64,000 bases of DNA, from positions 1 to 64,000 of IMG/VR virus record IMGVR_UViG_3300014502_000004, one strand, 5' to 3'. A program made the position numbers and the translations under genes. Each line of letters begins with the position of its first letter. The first letter of the stretch is position 1. The stretch comes from a virus. Of the stretch, positions 47,259 to 57,806 are shown piece after piece. The notes under the pieces were generated by a model. It made no database searches. It was given only the letters and a program-made list of their open reading frames with translations, and was not told the DNA's origin.

Positions 47259-48116
47259 ATGAAGATCAAGATCCAAGGTGAAATTCCGCAGCACATCATG
47301 GAAGAGGTGGAGAAGTTGAAGCCATCCTCCGATCCTGCATATTGGGCCAAGAAGGGATGCAAGGATTGCAATGGACGGGGGGTCATTGGAACCCAGACAA
47401 CCACATTGAAGGGAAACAATAAGATCACCAACAGTCTTCTCTGTGTTTGCACCAGGAAGCGATACAAGGTGTGGGTCGAGAAGACGGCTGCAGAGGTGAA
47501 GGCGAAGCTCAGTTCCAATAGTGAGGAGAAGATCCAGAATGAGACTGTTCCTTCCAATGGGAATGGGAAGAAGGAAGACGGTGAGAAGGCTCTACGGATT
47601 CGTCTGGAAAGCCTTGAGGATGCCATCAGCAGTGCCCGTGTTGAGATCACTCGTGAGGATAAGGAGATCAATTCCTATCCTCACCACAAGATTCTGGAGG
47701 AGATCGGTACTCGTCAGAAGGTTGCCAATGAAGATTACCAGAAAGCAGTAGGTCAAATAGAGGGGCTAGACAAGAAGGCTACTGATCTTCTGGAGCGTTC
47801 ACAGCGTCTGCTGACAGCTGCCAAGAGCCTTGCTCGTGATGCAGACATTGTGCGTCAGGAGAAGGATGCTCTCTCCAGGACCACGGTGTCTGAGTGCAGA
47901 GTGACGCTGGAAACCATCCAGGCCGAGTACCGTGGTGTAGAGAAGGATCTGAATGAAAAGACGCACAAGGCTAAGCGTCGTCGACGTATCATTCTGGACA
48001 AGTTGGACAAGTTTCTGGATAGGCGTTGCAAGGTTATCCGAGAGGCTGGTTTCGATCCCACTACTTTCGTTGAATCCATTGCTCTTGAGACTGATGAGTC
48101 AACTTCAGATTCCTAA
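47259..48116 (+). CDS. CxxCxGxG Zn-finger plus coiled-coil protein
   Basis: CKDCNGRG...LCVC; long heptad region; GGAGG RBS. Confidence 0.65.
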   Translation: MKIKIQGEIPQHIMEEVEKLKPSSDPAYWAKKGCKDCNGRGVIGTQTTTLKGNNKITNSLLCVCTRKRYKVWVEKTAAEVKAKLSSNSEEKIQNETVPSNGNGKKEDGEKALRIRLESLEDAISSARVEITREDKEINSYPHHKILEEIGTRQKVANEDYQKAVGQIEGLDKKATDLLERSQRLLTAAKSLARDADIVRQEKDALSRTTVSECRVTLETIQAEYRGVEKDLNEKTHKAKRRRRIILDKLDKFLDRRCKVIREAGFDPTTFVESIALETDESTSDS

Positions 48117-48193
48117 GTGTAGTTGACAAGTTAGACTTTCACTGCAATCCTGAAACCGGATAAATCACACCTGGTGGACAGACAGGAGGTCCT

Positions 48194-48880
48194 ATGTCGT
48201 CGTTCAACCCCAATCCCCGTGCAGGTAGTAGTCGCAGAGTCAGAGTACAGGACCCACACGGTGGGCGGAAGCACAGTCAGATCGTGGGTAGGACAGGTCC
48301 ACGAGCTACTTCACTGGTGGATCTGTCAAATAAGGAAATCACTCCAGATGGTTGGAGAATTCCCATTTTTAGCGGTTCCGATTTTGATGTCAGCTACCGC
48401 TACCTCTGTGCCAGGAATAGCTCAGGTCAGGTCAAGCACGAGACGAAGGATCGAGTGGTACGTGTACTCGCTGGTCGTCTGTTCGTCATGGTCGACGGTG
48501 AGACCCAGGAGCTGAATGCCAACCAAAGCATCGCTCTTGAACGTGGTGTAGTGCATGAGATAGCTACGTCTGGTACTGAGGATGCCGAGTTGATTCTCTG
48601 CCAGAGCCATGACTACGAGAAGGATCTGCAGCAGATTGTTTCATCTAGTGCTGTGACTTCAGCAAAGATGTCACCTGTTCCAACTGCAGCTCCCCAGATA
48701 TCTAGAAGATCAGAGTCGAAGGCTCTAGAACAAGCGGCTCAGTTAGGGGCGGTTCGTGAAGTGAATCGAAAGGCAGCCAGAACTCCATTCCAGGGTCGGG
48801 CTCCTCTTGCAGGTCAGCAAGTGTCTGGGCTGAATCCACGTCCTGCTGGTCCTGGTGGGTTTGGCGGTCCGGAGGATTGA
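48194..48880 (+). CDS. Cupin-domain protein
   Basis: KHETKDRVVRVLAG.L...VDG...L...GVVH.I; AGGAGG RBS; TTGACA at 48123. Confidence 0.65.
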   Translation: MSSFNPNPRAGSSRRVRVQDPHGGRKHSQIVGRTGPRATSLVDLSNKEITPDGWRIPIFSGSDFDVSYRYLCARNSSGQVKHETKDRVVRVLAGRLFVMVDGETQELNANQSIALERGVVHEIATSGTEDAELILCQSHDYEKDLQQIVSSSAVTSAKMSPVPTAAPQISRRSESKALEQAAQLGAVREVNRKAARTPFQGRAPLAGQQVSGLNPRPAGPGGFGGPED

Positions 48881-48883
48881 TCC

Positions 48884-49864
48884 ATGTACGTTCCACTGCT
48901 GCACTACATTGCGGTAGAGGGGATCGAGAAATCGTATCAAGATCCATTCACCGTGCTGATGAAGGCAGCGGTGGATCTATCCAAAGCTGATGCGAAGGCA
49001 GTGCAAAGAACGGTTGAGAGAGTAAGTGCTCAGCCTGGATTCCGAGGTAGAGTAGGATCAAGAACTCGATCTGCTTCTTCATCGAAACCACCTGCAGATA
49101 TGCCATCTGGGTTTCGTGGTAGAGTCGAAACCTCCTCAAAACCAGCAAGTATAAGTGGTGAGGCAAAGAAGCCTGCTACCATGGCTTCGCCGATAGTAAT
49201 GGCAAGTGCTGCTGGTCATATTGCTAAACCAGGAGCACAGGTTGTTTCTCCCTCACGAGCTTTAGTGAGTCCTACCGGGCAGTCTGTTTCATCAAAGCAG
49301 CCGATAGAGATTCCTTCTGGTCATCGTGGTGCGGTTGATATCACACCAAAGAAACCAGTTAGTGCAATTTCAACTTCAGAGACTCCATCTTCGAGGCGCA
49401 GTGCAGAAGAAGTTCGTGCTGCACCAGTGCAGCAGAAGATGGAAGGTTTCAGATCAAAGCAAGCAGCTGTTCAAGCAGCAAGACCAAAAGCAGCTGCAGC
49501 CCAGACACCGAGTATTGCAAGTCCACCAACAAGTTCTCCTGCAGAAGCTGGTGCTGAAGAAGCAGCAAAGCCTCCTGCAAAAGTCAAAGAGAAGAAGCCT
49601 TCGCTGTTCTTTCGGCCTGAAGGTGAAGAGGCCAAGCCAACAGCTAAGAAGCGGGGCTATGCCAACATCATGGGTGCTTACTCCACTGGAGTTTCAATGT
49701 CTCCTGGTGGAGCTGGTGCAGGTGCCAGAGTTCTGAGTGTTGCTGGTTGGAAGACAGCTCTTCGTGCTCATCGGTTGTTGAATGCCCGTAGTGGAGGTGG
49801 TGGAGGAATGCGTCAGATCACCACCCAGATGGGACCACGAATTCGAACGGGATCTATGCGATGA
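48884..49864 (+). CDS. Low-complexity head-module protein
   Basis: S/A/P/K-rich; VLMKA and DLSKA motifs. Confidence 0.6.
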   Translation: MYVPLLHYIAVEGIEKSYQDPFTVLMKAAVDLSKADAKAVQRTVERVSAQPGFRGRVGSRTRSASSSKPPADMPSGFRGRVETSSKPASISGEAKKPATMASPIVMASAAGHIAKPGAQVVSPSRALVSPTGQSVSSKQPIEIPSGHRGAVDITPKKPVSAISTSETPSSRRSAEEVRAAPVQQKMEGFRSKQAAVQAARPKAAAAQTPSIASPPTSSPAEAGAEEAAKPPAKVKEKKPSLFFRPEGEEAKPTAKKRGYANIMGAYSTGVSMSPGGAGAGARVLSVAGWKTALRAHRLLNARSGGGGGMRQITTQMGPRIRTGSMR

Positions 49865-50490
49865 AATCAAATCCGAGATTGTATCTATTGGTGAAGGCAG
49901 GAGCAGATCAGGAATCTGGTGGCCGCACTACGATGCCTTCTGGGGGTCAGGCCAAGCGTGAAGATGAGCACAGCTACTCTCGGCAGCCTGAAGGGGAGAG
50001 TGGTGATCCTACCGCAGACACTGCCGAGGAACGATGGCATGGTTCTGGAACCGAGACTGATGAGGATGACCCTCACAAAGATGACAATGAGCAGACTGGT
50101 GAGGAGCGGGATGTTCAGAAGGTGTGGTCCAATCCTCAGGTTCCTTTCCAGCAGAAGGATGTAGCTGAGGCTCCTGCGGAGGCACCCGGGGATGCACCTG
50201 GGGCAGCCCCCGGAGTCATTCCTGGGCAGCAGCAGGCCCCTCCAGGAGAGCAAGCTTCTGTCGTGAAGAGCCTGATGGCTCAAGCCATGAAGGCATTTGC
50301 TGGGGCTCCTCGTTTTGCTCAGGGTCCATTGGTTCCTCCTCGTGAGAAAGAGTGGCTCAAGACTCAGGGGTATTCCCCCGATGAGATCGATTCAGGTCAG
50401 GTTCAAATCACTTCTCGAATGAGGGGTGAGTTCAATCGTTGGCTTCAAGGAACCATCAGGAAGTCTCTTGGTGGTTTGATGAGGGGATAA
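49861..50490 (+). CDS. Head-module protein
   Basis: LLVKA, VVKS, IRKS motifs; directly before portal. Confidence 0.65.
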   Translation: MKSNPRLYLLVKAGADQESGGRTTMPSGGQAKREDEHSYSRQPEGESGDPTADTAEERWHGSGTETDEDDPHKDDNEQTGEERDVQKVWSNPQVPFQQKDVAEAPAEAPGDAPGAAPGVIPGQQQAPPGEQASVVKSLMAQAMKAFAGAPRFAQGPLVPPREKEWLKTQGYSPDEIDSGQVQITSRMRGEFNRWLQGTIRKSLGGLMRG

Positions 50491-50492
50491 CG

Positions 50493-52409
50493 ATGATTGC
50501 TCCCCCTGTGGACTACACTGAGATTCAGAAGTCGATCTCAGCTCAAGAGATGCAAGAAGCCTATCAGGAAGTGGGACGGTTAAGAAATGTCACTTCCCAC
50601 ATTCCTGTTGCTGCTAGAAAAGAGCCAGGGGCTCTTCAGAAGGCATATCGTGGTCTTTCAGATATGGGTCCTAATCGTGGTCCCAAGTCTGCCTTCTTCG
50701 ATCCTCTCTCACTTCAGTATGCGATGGGGTACAAGGACCGTCGCTATTCTCTGACCTATGATGTTCTCAAGCGATGTGCAACTCAGCTCTCAATTGTTGC
50801 TGCTATTGTCAATACTCGAATTGCTCAGATTGCATCGTTTGCTGCTCCGTATCGAACCACGAAGTCTCTGGGGTACATGGTCAAGCACAAAGACCCAGAG
50901 CACATGACAACTCGTGCTGAGCGTGAGTTCATCAAACAGCTTGAAGCATTCGTTGCTAACTGTGGTGAGCCTGGAAAGAAGAATATCTACAGTAGAACTT
51001 CAAGGGATGATTTTGAGTCATTCTTGAAGAAGGTTGTTAGAGACACATTGGTCTATGATCAGCTTTGTTTCGAGATCGTTCCTAGAAACAATAGAATCCC
51101 ATTTGAGTTTCTAGCAATTGATGCAGCCACGATCAGAATTGCATCTACAGATCGCGATGCTGGTATTGGTTTTAGCTACCATGCTCGAAATCCTGTGGCC
51201 CCTCTTGGTGGTCGTTTCGCTGCCCTCTATGAGAACAAGCAGTATGGGGCATTGACAGGAAGCGGCTACGGTGGATTCTCTGATCCTGTCACCGATCAAG
51301 ATGTGCAGTTTGTTCAGATCATCAATGGTCAGATCGAGAACGTCTACAGTGAGAGCGAGCTGGCTTTTGGTGTTCGGAATCCTCGTACTGACATCTACAT
51401 TCAGCAGTACGGTTATGGTGAGATTGAACAGCTCATCACCATCGTGACTTCTCTCCTCTTCTCTGAGGAATACAACCGTCGATATTTCACCCAAGGTTCT
51501 CACCCCAAGGGTTTGCTTAACTTCAAGGGTGATAACTGGACACCAGATCAGCTTGAGGCATTCCGTCGGCAGTGGGTTGCTACTGTGGCGGGTGTTGAGA
51601 ATGCATGGAAGACTCCAATCACTCAGTCTGAAGGAATTGAGTGGATCAACCTTCAGATGACCAACAAGGATATGGAGTTCTCCACCTGGATTGAGTATCT
51701 AATCAAGATCATTTGTGGTGTGTACCTGATTGACCCAGCAGAAATCAACTTCGACCTTCATGGTGGTGTGCAGCAGACGCCACTTTTTGAATCAAGTCAG
51801 GAGTGGAAGCTCAAGGCATCTCGTGATCGTGGTCTGAAGCCGCTCCTTAGGTTCATTGCCAAGCTTATCAACAAGCATGTCATTGACAAGATCGATGATC
51901 ATTTCGTGTTCGAGTTCGTTGGGCTTGATGAGCTGACGGAACAAGAAAAGCACGAGATGATCAAGGAGCAGATCGCAAGCTACATGACTCTTAATGAAGC
52001 TCGTCGGTCTCTCGATCTTCCTGACATTCCGCTGGGTGATGTTCCACAGAATCCTACCTATGTTCAACTGTTGCAGATCTACAACCAGAACATTCAGCAG
52101 CAGCAAGCTCAGCAGCAGCAACAGCAGCAGATGGAACAGCAGCAAGCGATGGCAGCTCAGCAGGGTCAACTTCCTCCTGGGGCCGAGCAGCAGGGTCAGC
52201 TTCCTCCTGGTGCTGAGTCCCCCCAGGGTGGACAGGTTGTGAGGGCTCCCGGTCAGCCCGGTGAGGGAGGCATTCCTGCTGGTCAAGGTCCAGTTCCAGG
52301 CGAGAGGCCAGGAGCCACACCTAAGTACACAGCCAATTTCGGTAAGTCGATGAAAGAAATCGTTGTGACTTTCGACGATTGGATTGATCAAAAGAGGAGT
52401 GACAAATGA
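50493..52409 (+). CDS. Portal protein (SPO1/Twort-like) with Q/P/G-rich C-terminus
   Basis: RNPRTD..YG...E, YNRRYF.QG..PKGLL, NAWKTP, DMEF..W, IDPAEINF, SRDRGLKPLL, MTLNEAR. Confidence 0.92.
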   Translation: MIAPPVDYTEIQKSISAQEMQEAYQEVGRLRNVTSHIPVAARKEPGALQKAYRGLSDMGPNRGPKSAFFDPLSLQYAMGYKDRRYSLTYDVLKRCATQLSIVAAIVNTRIAQIASFAAPYRTTKSLGYMVKHKDPEHMTTRAEREFIKQLEAFVANCGEPGKKNIYSRTSRDDFESFLKKVVRDTLVYDQLCFEIVPRNNRIPFEFLAIDAATIRIASTDRDAGIGFSYHARNPVAPLGGRFAALYENKQYGALTGSGYGGFSDPVTDQDVQFVQIINGQIENVYSESELAFGVRNPRTDIYIQQYGYGEIEQLITIVTSLLFSEEYNRRYFTQGSHPKGLLNFKGDNWTPDQLEAFRRQWVATVAGVENAWKTPITQSEGIEWINLQMTNKDMEFSTWIEYLIKIICGVYLIDPAEINFDLHGGVQQTPLFESSQEWKLKASRDRGLKPLLRFIAKLINKHVIDKIDDHFVFEFVGLDELTEQEKHEMIKEQIASYMTLNEARRSLDLPDIPLGDVPQNPTYVQLLQIYNQNIQQQQAQQQQQQQMEQQQAMAAQQGQLPPGAEQQGQLPPGAESPQGGQVVRAPGQPGEGGIPAGQGPVPGERPGATPKYTANFGKSMKEIVVTFDDWIDQKRSDK

Positions 52410-53671
52410 GCAGACTCAATATGATCAAGTCGAAGAAGAAGCACACTCCTCTTAATCTAGACGAAAAGAAGAGTGCTCGTTTGGTTCCAGAAGCTGGTGC
52501 TCAGATCATGAAAGACTTTGAGCACATGGCTGGAGAGTACAAGAAGATCGATGCAGCAGGTCCGTCAGCCAAACCCCAGCATGTGATGGAAACAGCTCAG
52601 ATGCATGGTTGGTCTACCCCGGCCATGGGTCAGGTCGGCGAAGAGAAGAAGCAGGCTTTAGGTATTCGAACCGGATCAAAACAAACTACTCCCAGGATGG
52701 CTGGAGCTTCTGGTGCCCACACTGTGTCTCATGGTGGTGATGTGATCTCTTCTGCACCAGCAGAGACAAAGACCAAGCCTTATACAAAGCCGTTGAAGCC
52801 AGGATCAACTTTTACAATGCAGTCAGTAGCTAAGCCGGAGAGTGAGAAGAAGGTTGCCTCTATGAGCGGACCTCCTGAGGGTACGCTTCAGGCCGCCTCA
52901 GCAAAGGCTTTCAAGGCTCTGAAGAAGGCTGCCGAGGATCAGGAAAAGCATTATGGGATCCACTATGGGACGAAAGACCCCAAGGGCTCTTTGTCTAGAA
53001 TCAAGAAGTACAAGACCAAACGTGGGAAGATCAAGAATCCGCCCAAGAGTGCAGAGGGTAAGAATGACATGGCTTCTGAGATGATTGCTCACCACATGCA
53101 TCATCTTGGTCGTCATCCAGGTGGTCAGAAGCAAGCAATCGCTATTGGCTTGAATCAGGCCGGTGAGAGCAGAAATGACAAGTCCATGGTCCAGGGCAGT
53201 CCTCAGTATGCCCCCCTTCGACCTAGCCACAAAATGGGTATAGGAGAAAAGTCGATGGAGTCCACCAAGAAGTCGTTTGATGAGTTGATGGATCTGAGCA
53301 AGGCTGTCACGGCGAGGTCGCTGCCTCGTATCCCCCGTGCCCTGCAGCCGCAGAAGGACATCTTCCGTTCTGCCATGGACATCCCCACTAACAAGGATTC
53401 TAGGCTCGCCAAGGACATCCCTTCGATGCACGCTGGGTATCTGAAACCTGATGTGCTAGCTCAGGTTCGTCGGGATGAGGAAGAGCGGACTCACCGTGAG
53501 GTGAACAAGAGCGGTGAACTGCAGGATTGTGATGTCTGTGGTCGTGTGTTCTCCAAGAGCTTCGATGCTTGTCCAACCTGTCAGATTAGCAAGGCGGCCA
53601 TGTGCAAGGCATGTGGGCATCAGATGGTGAAGGGACGAGACGGCGAGCTTCATTGCTCCATCTGCGGGTGA
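52406..53671 (+). CDS. Head-module protein with C-terminal Zn ribbons
   Basis: QKQAIAIGL; CDVC/CPTC/CKAC/CSIC; many K[AS] motifs. Confidence 0.65.
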   Translation: MSRLNMIKSKKKHTPLNLDEKKSARLVPEAGAQIMKDFEHMAGEYKKIDAAGPSAKPQHVMETAQMHGWSTPAMGQVGEEKKQALGIRTGSKQTTPRMAGASGAHTVSHGGDVISSAPAETKTKPYTKPLKPGSTFTMQSVAKPESEKKVASMSGPPEGTLQAASAKAFKALKKAAEDQEKHYGIHYGTKDPKGSLSRIKKYKTKRGKIKNPPKSAEGKNDMASEMIAHHMHHLGRHPGGQKQAIAIGLNQAGESRNDKSMVQGSPQYAPLRPSHKMGIGEKSMESTKKSFDELMDLSKAVTARSLPRIPRALQPQKDIFRSAMDIPTNKDSRLAKDIPSMHAGYLKPDVLAQVRRDEEERTHREVNKSGELQDCDVCGRVFSKSFDACPTCQISKAAMCKACGHQMVKGRDGELHCSICG

Positions 53672-53675
53672 GGTC

Positions 53676-54959
53676 ATGCTCCTGACTGCGACTCAGCTTT
53701 TCGATCTGGCGAGTGACTTGCTCAAGTCTAAGCAGCATCCGACTCAGACGGGGCCACGGGGAGGTAAGTTCTACCTCACGCAGTCAGGGGAGAAGATCTA
53801 TGTTGAGGAAGGTGTGGTTGGAAAGAAGATCAAGGGTGAGACAGAGCCTCCTCAGCTTCTTCTTCACACTACGAGTGCTCCTCATCTTGTTGAGTCCAAG
53901 AAGGATGTTGAGGTTAAGATCGTACCTGGGAAGAAGGAGCTTCCAGCTAGATTCCAATCCAAGATGAAGGTTGGCCATCCTAAGCGAAGCTACATTCGAG
54001 CCCAGGAAAGCAGCAACTGGCCAGCCTATTTTTGTCGAAACTGTAATTCAGCAATCGTCCCTAATCATGATCACCCTGTGACAGTTCAGAGGGTAATTAG
54101 GAATCCACGAACGAATCAGGTTGAAGGTCGTGTTGGGGAGACTGTAGGTAATACAACTGATGTGACACAGATCAATCCCAAAACTGGAGAGAAGAAGTAC
54201 ATCGATCCTCCAGATCCTGCTGCTGTGGCTCAGAAACTCTGCCCCACTTGTTTCAAGCAGCATGCGGTCCAGAGTCGTGAGGTCACAGGTCGTGTTCCAG
54301 CTCTTAAGCTGACTGTAGCGAGCCGGACCAAGATGAAGGAAGTCAAGGCTGCTGCCAAGCTTCTTGAGGGAGCACTGAAGAAGCTTCCGATCAAACGGTC
54401 TAAGGAGGAGCAGAGGTCAATTAGGGAGCATGAGGCTACCCAGGCTACTCAGGCCAGAGCAGAAGCCAAAAGGCTCAAAGCTGCTGGTCTTCCAACGACT
54501 GTGCGTCGTGAGCGAGAAGCAGCTGCAATGAATAGGGAAGAGACAGAGGCTCAGGCAAAGATCAGAACTAGGTTCAAGAATCATCTCATCAGACAGGGGA
54601 CGGATGAGGCTACGGCTAGTGAGTCAGCCAACAAGATGACCCCTGTTGAGATTCGACAGTTCCGTGATCAGTCTGCTCATGAAGAGTCAGTTAGAGGTGA
54701 GGAGACACGGCAGAGGTTAGGGAAGGAGCTGGAAGGAAAGAAGCTAGTCCGTGTTGTAGGAATGAGCCAGCTCATGGATTTGATGGAACGTCGCAAGCAT
54801 GGTGTTCCTGGAAGTGAAGAGGAGCATGGTGCTACATTCGAGGGGTTGAACCCAACCAAGGCTCGTCAGGATGAAGCGACACGGACAGAGAAGTTACGAG
54901 ATCGTCAAGAGAAGGAATCCAAGATCAAGAAGAGTGTTGGTCTTTGGATGTCCGTATAG
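53676..54959 (+). CDS. Head-module protein (GPRGG motif, Zn finger)
   Basis: DLLKS..TGPRGGKFY; CRNC...CPTC. Confidence 0.65.
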   Translation: MLLTATQLFDLASDLLKSKQHPTQTGPRGGKFYLTQSGEKIYVEEGVVGKKIKGETEPPQLLLHTTSAPHLVESKKDVEVKIVPGKKELPARFQSKMKVGHPKRSYIRAQESSNWPAYFCRNCNSAIVPNHDHPVTVQRVIRNPRTNQVEGRVGETVGNTTDVTQINPKTGEKKYIDPPDPAAVAQKLCPTCFKQHAVQSREVTGRVPALKLTVASRTKMKEVKAAAKLLEGALKKLPIKRSKEEQRSIREHEATQATQARAEAKRLKAAGLPTTVRREREAAAMNREETEAQAKIRTRFKNHLIRQGTDEATASESANKMTPVEIRQFRDQSAHEESVRGEETRQRLGKELEGKKLVRVVGMSQLMDLMERRKHGVPGSEEEHGATFEGLNPTKARQDEATRTEKLRDRQEKESKIKKSVGLWMSV

Positions 54960-54969
54960 GAGAAGATAG

Positions 54970-55437
54970 ATGCCTCACAACCCGTATGCAGGCCACATTC
55001 CCCTCAATCTCCGCAACAGCAAGACTGATGAGGAGCTGAGCAAGTCCACGAGCTATCGAGAGGGGATCACGCACCCAACTGAGTACCGCACACCCCAGCA
55101 GGACCCTTCTCTGCTGAGGAACGAAGGCTGCACTCCTCTTCGTCGCTACCCTGATGGCAGGCTCGACACCGAGTTTGTGGCCAGCCAGGTTATCGACATG
55201 ATCCACAAGGCTGAGAGTGGTGGCAACCTGACTAGCTTTGAGCAGTCCATTCTCACTCTGATCCTCCCTCAGAAGTTCCAGCTGGTGAATCCCAAGATTG
55301 CTGGAACCATGGCCAGGATGACAGAGGAGGAGCGGGGTCTGGTTTCTCTTCGTGTGCTTCGACATATGAATGAGGAGCTGAACTGGAACACCGGCAGGGG
55401 CGGTTCGGTGCCGTTCCACCATGTCACAAAGAGTTAG
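54970..55437 (+). CDS. Head-module protein
   Basis: AGGAG RBS. Confidence 0.65.
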   Translation: MPHNPYAGHIPLNLRNSKTDEELSKSTSYREGITHPTEYRTPQQDPSLLRNEGCTPLRRYPDGRLDTEFVASQVIDMIHKAESGGNLTSFEQSILTLILPQKFQLVNPKIAGTMARMTEEERGLVSLRVLRHMNEELNWNTGRGGSVPFHHVTKS

Positions 55438-55657
55438 GCTTCAGGTTCCTGAGGACTTGAGCACCGATGATGTGATCAAGTCTTTGGAGGCAACCATCGA
55501 GACGCTGAGGAAGGGTGGTCCAGATCCCGACCTCAGTGTTTTGTTATCTGGAGAGAACCCTGCAGCGTCTCATCTGGTGAAGTTTGTAGATGATTCATTT
55601 GATATCATGATGAATAGTCTGGCCAAGGAAATATCCAAGGTACTTAGCTCAAAATGA
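55421..55657 (+). CDS. Small head-module protein
   Basis: DVIKS motif; tiling. Confidence 0.55.
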   Translation: MSQRVRLQVPEDLSTDDVIKSLEATIETLRKGGPDPDLSVLLSGENPAASHLVKFVDDSFDIMMNSLAKEISKVLSSK

Positions 55658-55830
55658 AGTCTACTATTTCTCAGAGACTTACTGTAAAGAAATCACTGTC
55701 TACAGATGGTGATCGTATTTTGAAACTTCTGGTTAATGAGTATCATATGCAGCACATGGATGCAGTTAAGTTGATGATGGACGGTGGACCGATGTTAGCT
55801 GTGGCGTTGATTAAACTTACACAGGGGTAG
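55654..55830 (+). CDS. 58-aa protein (not in ORF track)
   Basis: MKSTISQRLTVKKSL...; ATGA overlap, fills gap exactly. Confidence 0.5.
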   Translation: MKSTISQRLTVKKSLSTDGDRILKLLVNEYHMQHMDAVKLMMDGGPMLAVALIKLTQG

Positions 55831-55833
55831 AGC

Positions 55834-57174
55834 ATGCTCATCTATCTTGATGAGGGTCTGTTTAAGATTTCAGACAAATTGTGGAAAGCTCTACCTAAGG
55901 GTAAAGAGGCATTTGGTAGTCGTCTGTCCAGATACGATGAGCCGGCTACACCAAAGGTGGCGAAACCTGCTGTTGCTGCAGTTCCAAAACCTACTACTCC
56001 TGCTCCCGTGCGTGGGCCAGACGTTTCGTCTCCAGGTCATCAGCTGGCCACACACGAAGCAGCTGCTGGTCATGCCCAACATGGGTACATGATGCACATG
56101 CTGAATAATGAACCAGAACATGCCAGAAAAATGTTGGGCATGTATCAGACTCACACTGCTCGTGCTGGTATTCTGAAGCAGCAGGGAGCTGTGACTACTC
56201 CACAACATCACGAAGATTTAGCTGTTCATTATCACTTGAATCGAGATCAGTATTCTGGGAGTAAGACTCCTGTTTATTCTAGAATCAAAGCTCATCTTCA
56301 GCACGCTGGTCATCCTCCTGGGACTGACATCAATGATGTAGCGGAAGCTCATGCTACCAAGACCAAAGAATCTGCAGAAGGGGGGTATGGTCCGTATAGT
56401 TCCAGCAACAATAAGATGGGGACAGCGGCTCCTTATGCAGATAAGCCGATTGGTGCTGAGGAAGGGACTTCAGTTAGGCGTCGGGTAGCGAAGTCTTTGA
56501 TTGATTGGGATTGTGATCTCATCAAAGCTAAGGTTGGTAGACATATTGATCTTTCCAAGGATGCTTTGCAGAGGAAGCTCAACGGTGGTCACTATTCTTT
56601 GGTGTCAGCTGGCAGGAACATAGAAGACCCAGAAGAGAAGGATCTGCCAGAGAATCATCCCAAGTTCTTAGCCAGGCATGAGAAGCTTAGAAGTGATCTA
56701 ATCAACCATGGATTAGATCACACTGAGGTTGAAGGTCATTGGGGTGGTAAAGAGAAGTCATTTCTAGTTCATCATGTACCAAAGGCTAAGGTTGCCACTC
56801 CTAGGAATGTGATGACAAAGACATTCATGGTTCATCACAATGATCCTAGTGAGCATAGCACTGTCAGAGATCTGGCTAAGAAGTACAATCAGAATAGTGT
56901 CATCCACTCAAAAGGTGGATATCATGAGTGCCATTATGTAACTGGTGCAGATGCAGGAACCCATAACAAAGGCGCAGGTCATACTCTGAAGCCTGAAGCT
57001 ACAGACTTGTACACTGAAGTTCCTCATCCCAACAAGACATCAACCAAGTTTGAGCTGAAGTTGGATTGGAATAACAAGCATCCTGCAAAGACTGCTGTAC
57101 TGAAATCACTGACAAGACTGTACATCAACAAGACGAGTCTGAAGAAGGCGTTTCCTCTCTTCATTCGTCTGTAG
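55834..57174 (+). CDS. Head-module protein containing a T3 gp0.3-like SAM lyase domain
   Basis: YSLVSAGR...RH...GHW..KEKS..V...VRDLA...QNSVI aligns with T3 SAMase motifs as recalled. Confidence 0.65.
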   Translation: MLIYLDEGLFKISDKLWKALPKGKEAFGSRLSRYDEPATPKVAKPAVAAVPKPTTPAPVRGPDVSSPGHQLATHEAAAGHAQHGYMMHMLNNEPEHARKMLGMYQTHTARAGILKQQGAVTTPQHHEDLAVHYHLNRDQYSGSKTPVYSRIKAHLQHAGHPPGTDINDVAEAHATKTKESAEGGYGPYSSSNNKMGTAAPYADKPIGAEEGTSVRRRVAKSLIDWDCDLIKAKVGRHIDLSKDALQRKLNGGHYSLVSAGRNIEDPEEKDLPENHPKFLARHEKLRSDLINHGLDHTEVEGHWGGKEKSFLVHHVPKAKVATPRNVMTKTFMVHHNDPSEHSTVRDLAKKYNQNSVIHSKGGYHECHYVTGADAGTHNKGAGHTLKPEATDLYTEVPHPNKTSTKFELKLDWNNKHPAKTAVLKSLTRLYINKTSLKKAFPLFIRL

Positions 57175-57183
57175 GAGAAGACC

Positions 57184-57801
57184 ATGCGTAGCGACATGAT
57201 TGGCCCCCGAAGGCTTCAGCCTGCCAAGACGGAAGACACATGCAATCCTATTTTCGTTCTTGTGAACGAAGATCCTCATCGTGTGCTCAAGTCTCAGGTG
57301 ATGCCTGGTGTCACTGAGGGGCAGATGAATGGGGCGTTGCCTCGGATTCCAAGTACCCGTCCTGGGCTGTATCTGGAGGAGAAGGTTGAGAAGGCTCAGG
57401 TAGTGGAGAAGGACTTTGACAGTGGCGAATCTCAGGAGGTCGAAGCTGCGTTGCGGAGCAAGCCTGTTGGTATTCCTCATCTTGGTATTGATCGTCCTGG
57501 GACTCGTGCGGAGGCTGAAAAGAAGAAGAAGCGTATGCTAGTTGGTCCAGTTATAAAGAAGGCCAAGATACATTCAGCTCATTCATCATTGACGGAAGCT
57601 GAGTTGGAAAAGCATCCAATTGGTACGGTGTTAAGGATTCATCGTCCTGGTAGGCGACCTCAGACACTAACTAGGGAAGACTATCAGCATCATATGACTG
57701 GTAAGACTCATTGGCGACATAACTCTGGTGATAGAATGTCACACATGGGTGTTGAAAGGCAACTGGGTGAAATGGGATATAAGGTGATTGGTAAGGACTA
57801 A
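57184..57801 (+). CDS. Head-module protein
   Basis: AGGAG RBS; VLKS, VEKA, IKKA. Confidence 0.6.
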   Translation: MRSDMIGPRRLQPAKTEDTCNPIFVLVNEDPHRVLKSQVMPGVTEGQMNGALPRIPSTRPGLYLEEKVEKAQVVEKDFDSGESQEVEAALRSKPVGIPHLGIDRPGTRAEAEKKKKRMLVGPVIKKAKIHSAHSSLTEAELEKHPIGTVLRIHRPGRRPQTLTREDYQHHMTGKTHWRHNSGDRMSHMGVERQLGEMGYKVIGKD

Positions 57802-57806
57802 GGTGA

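Noticed and set aside
52095-52220. CAG/polyQ tract and 30-bp duplication in the portal C-terminus
   Set aside because: Ordinary low-complexity disordered tail
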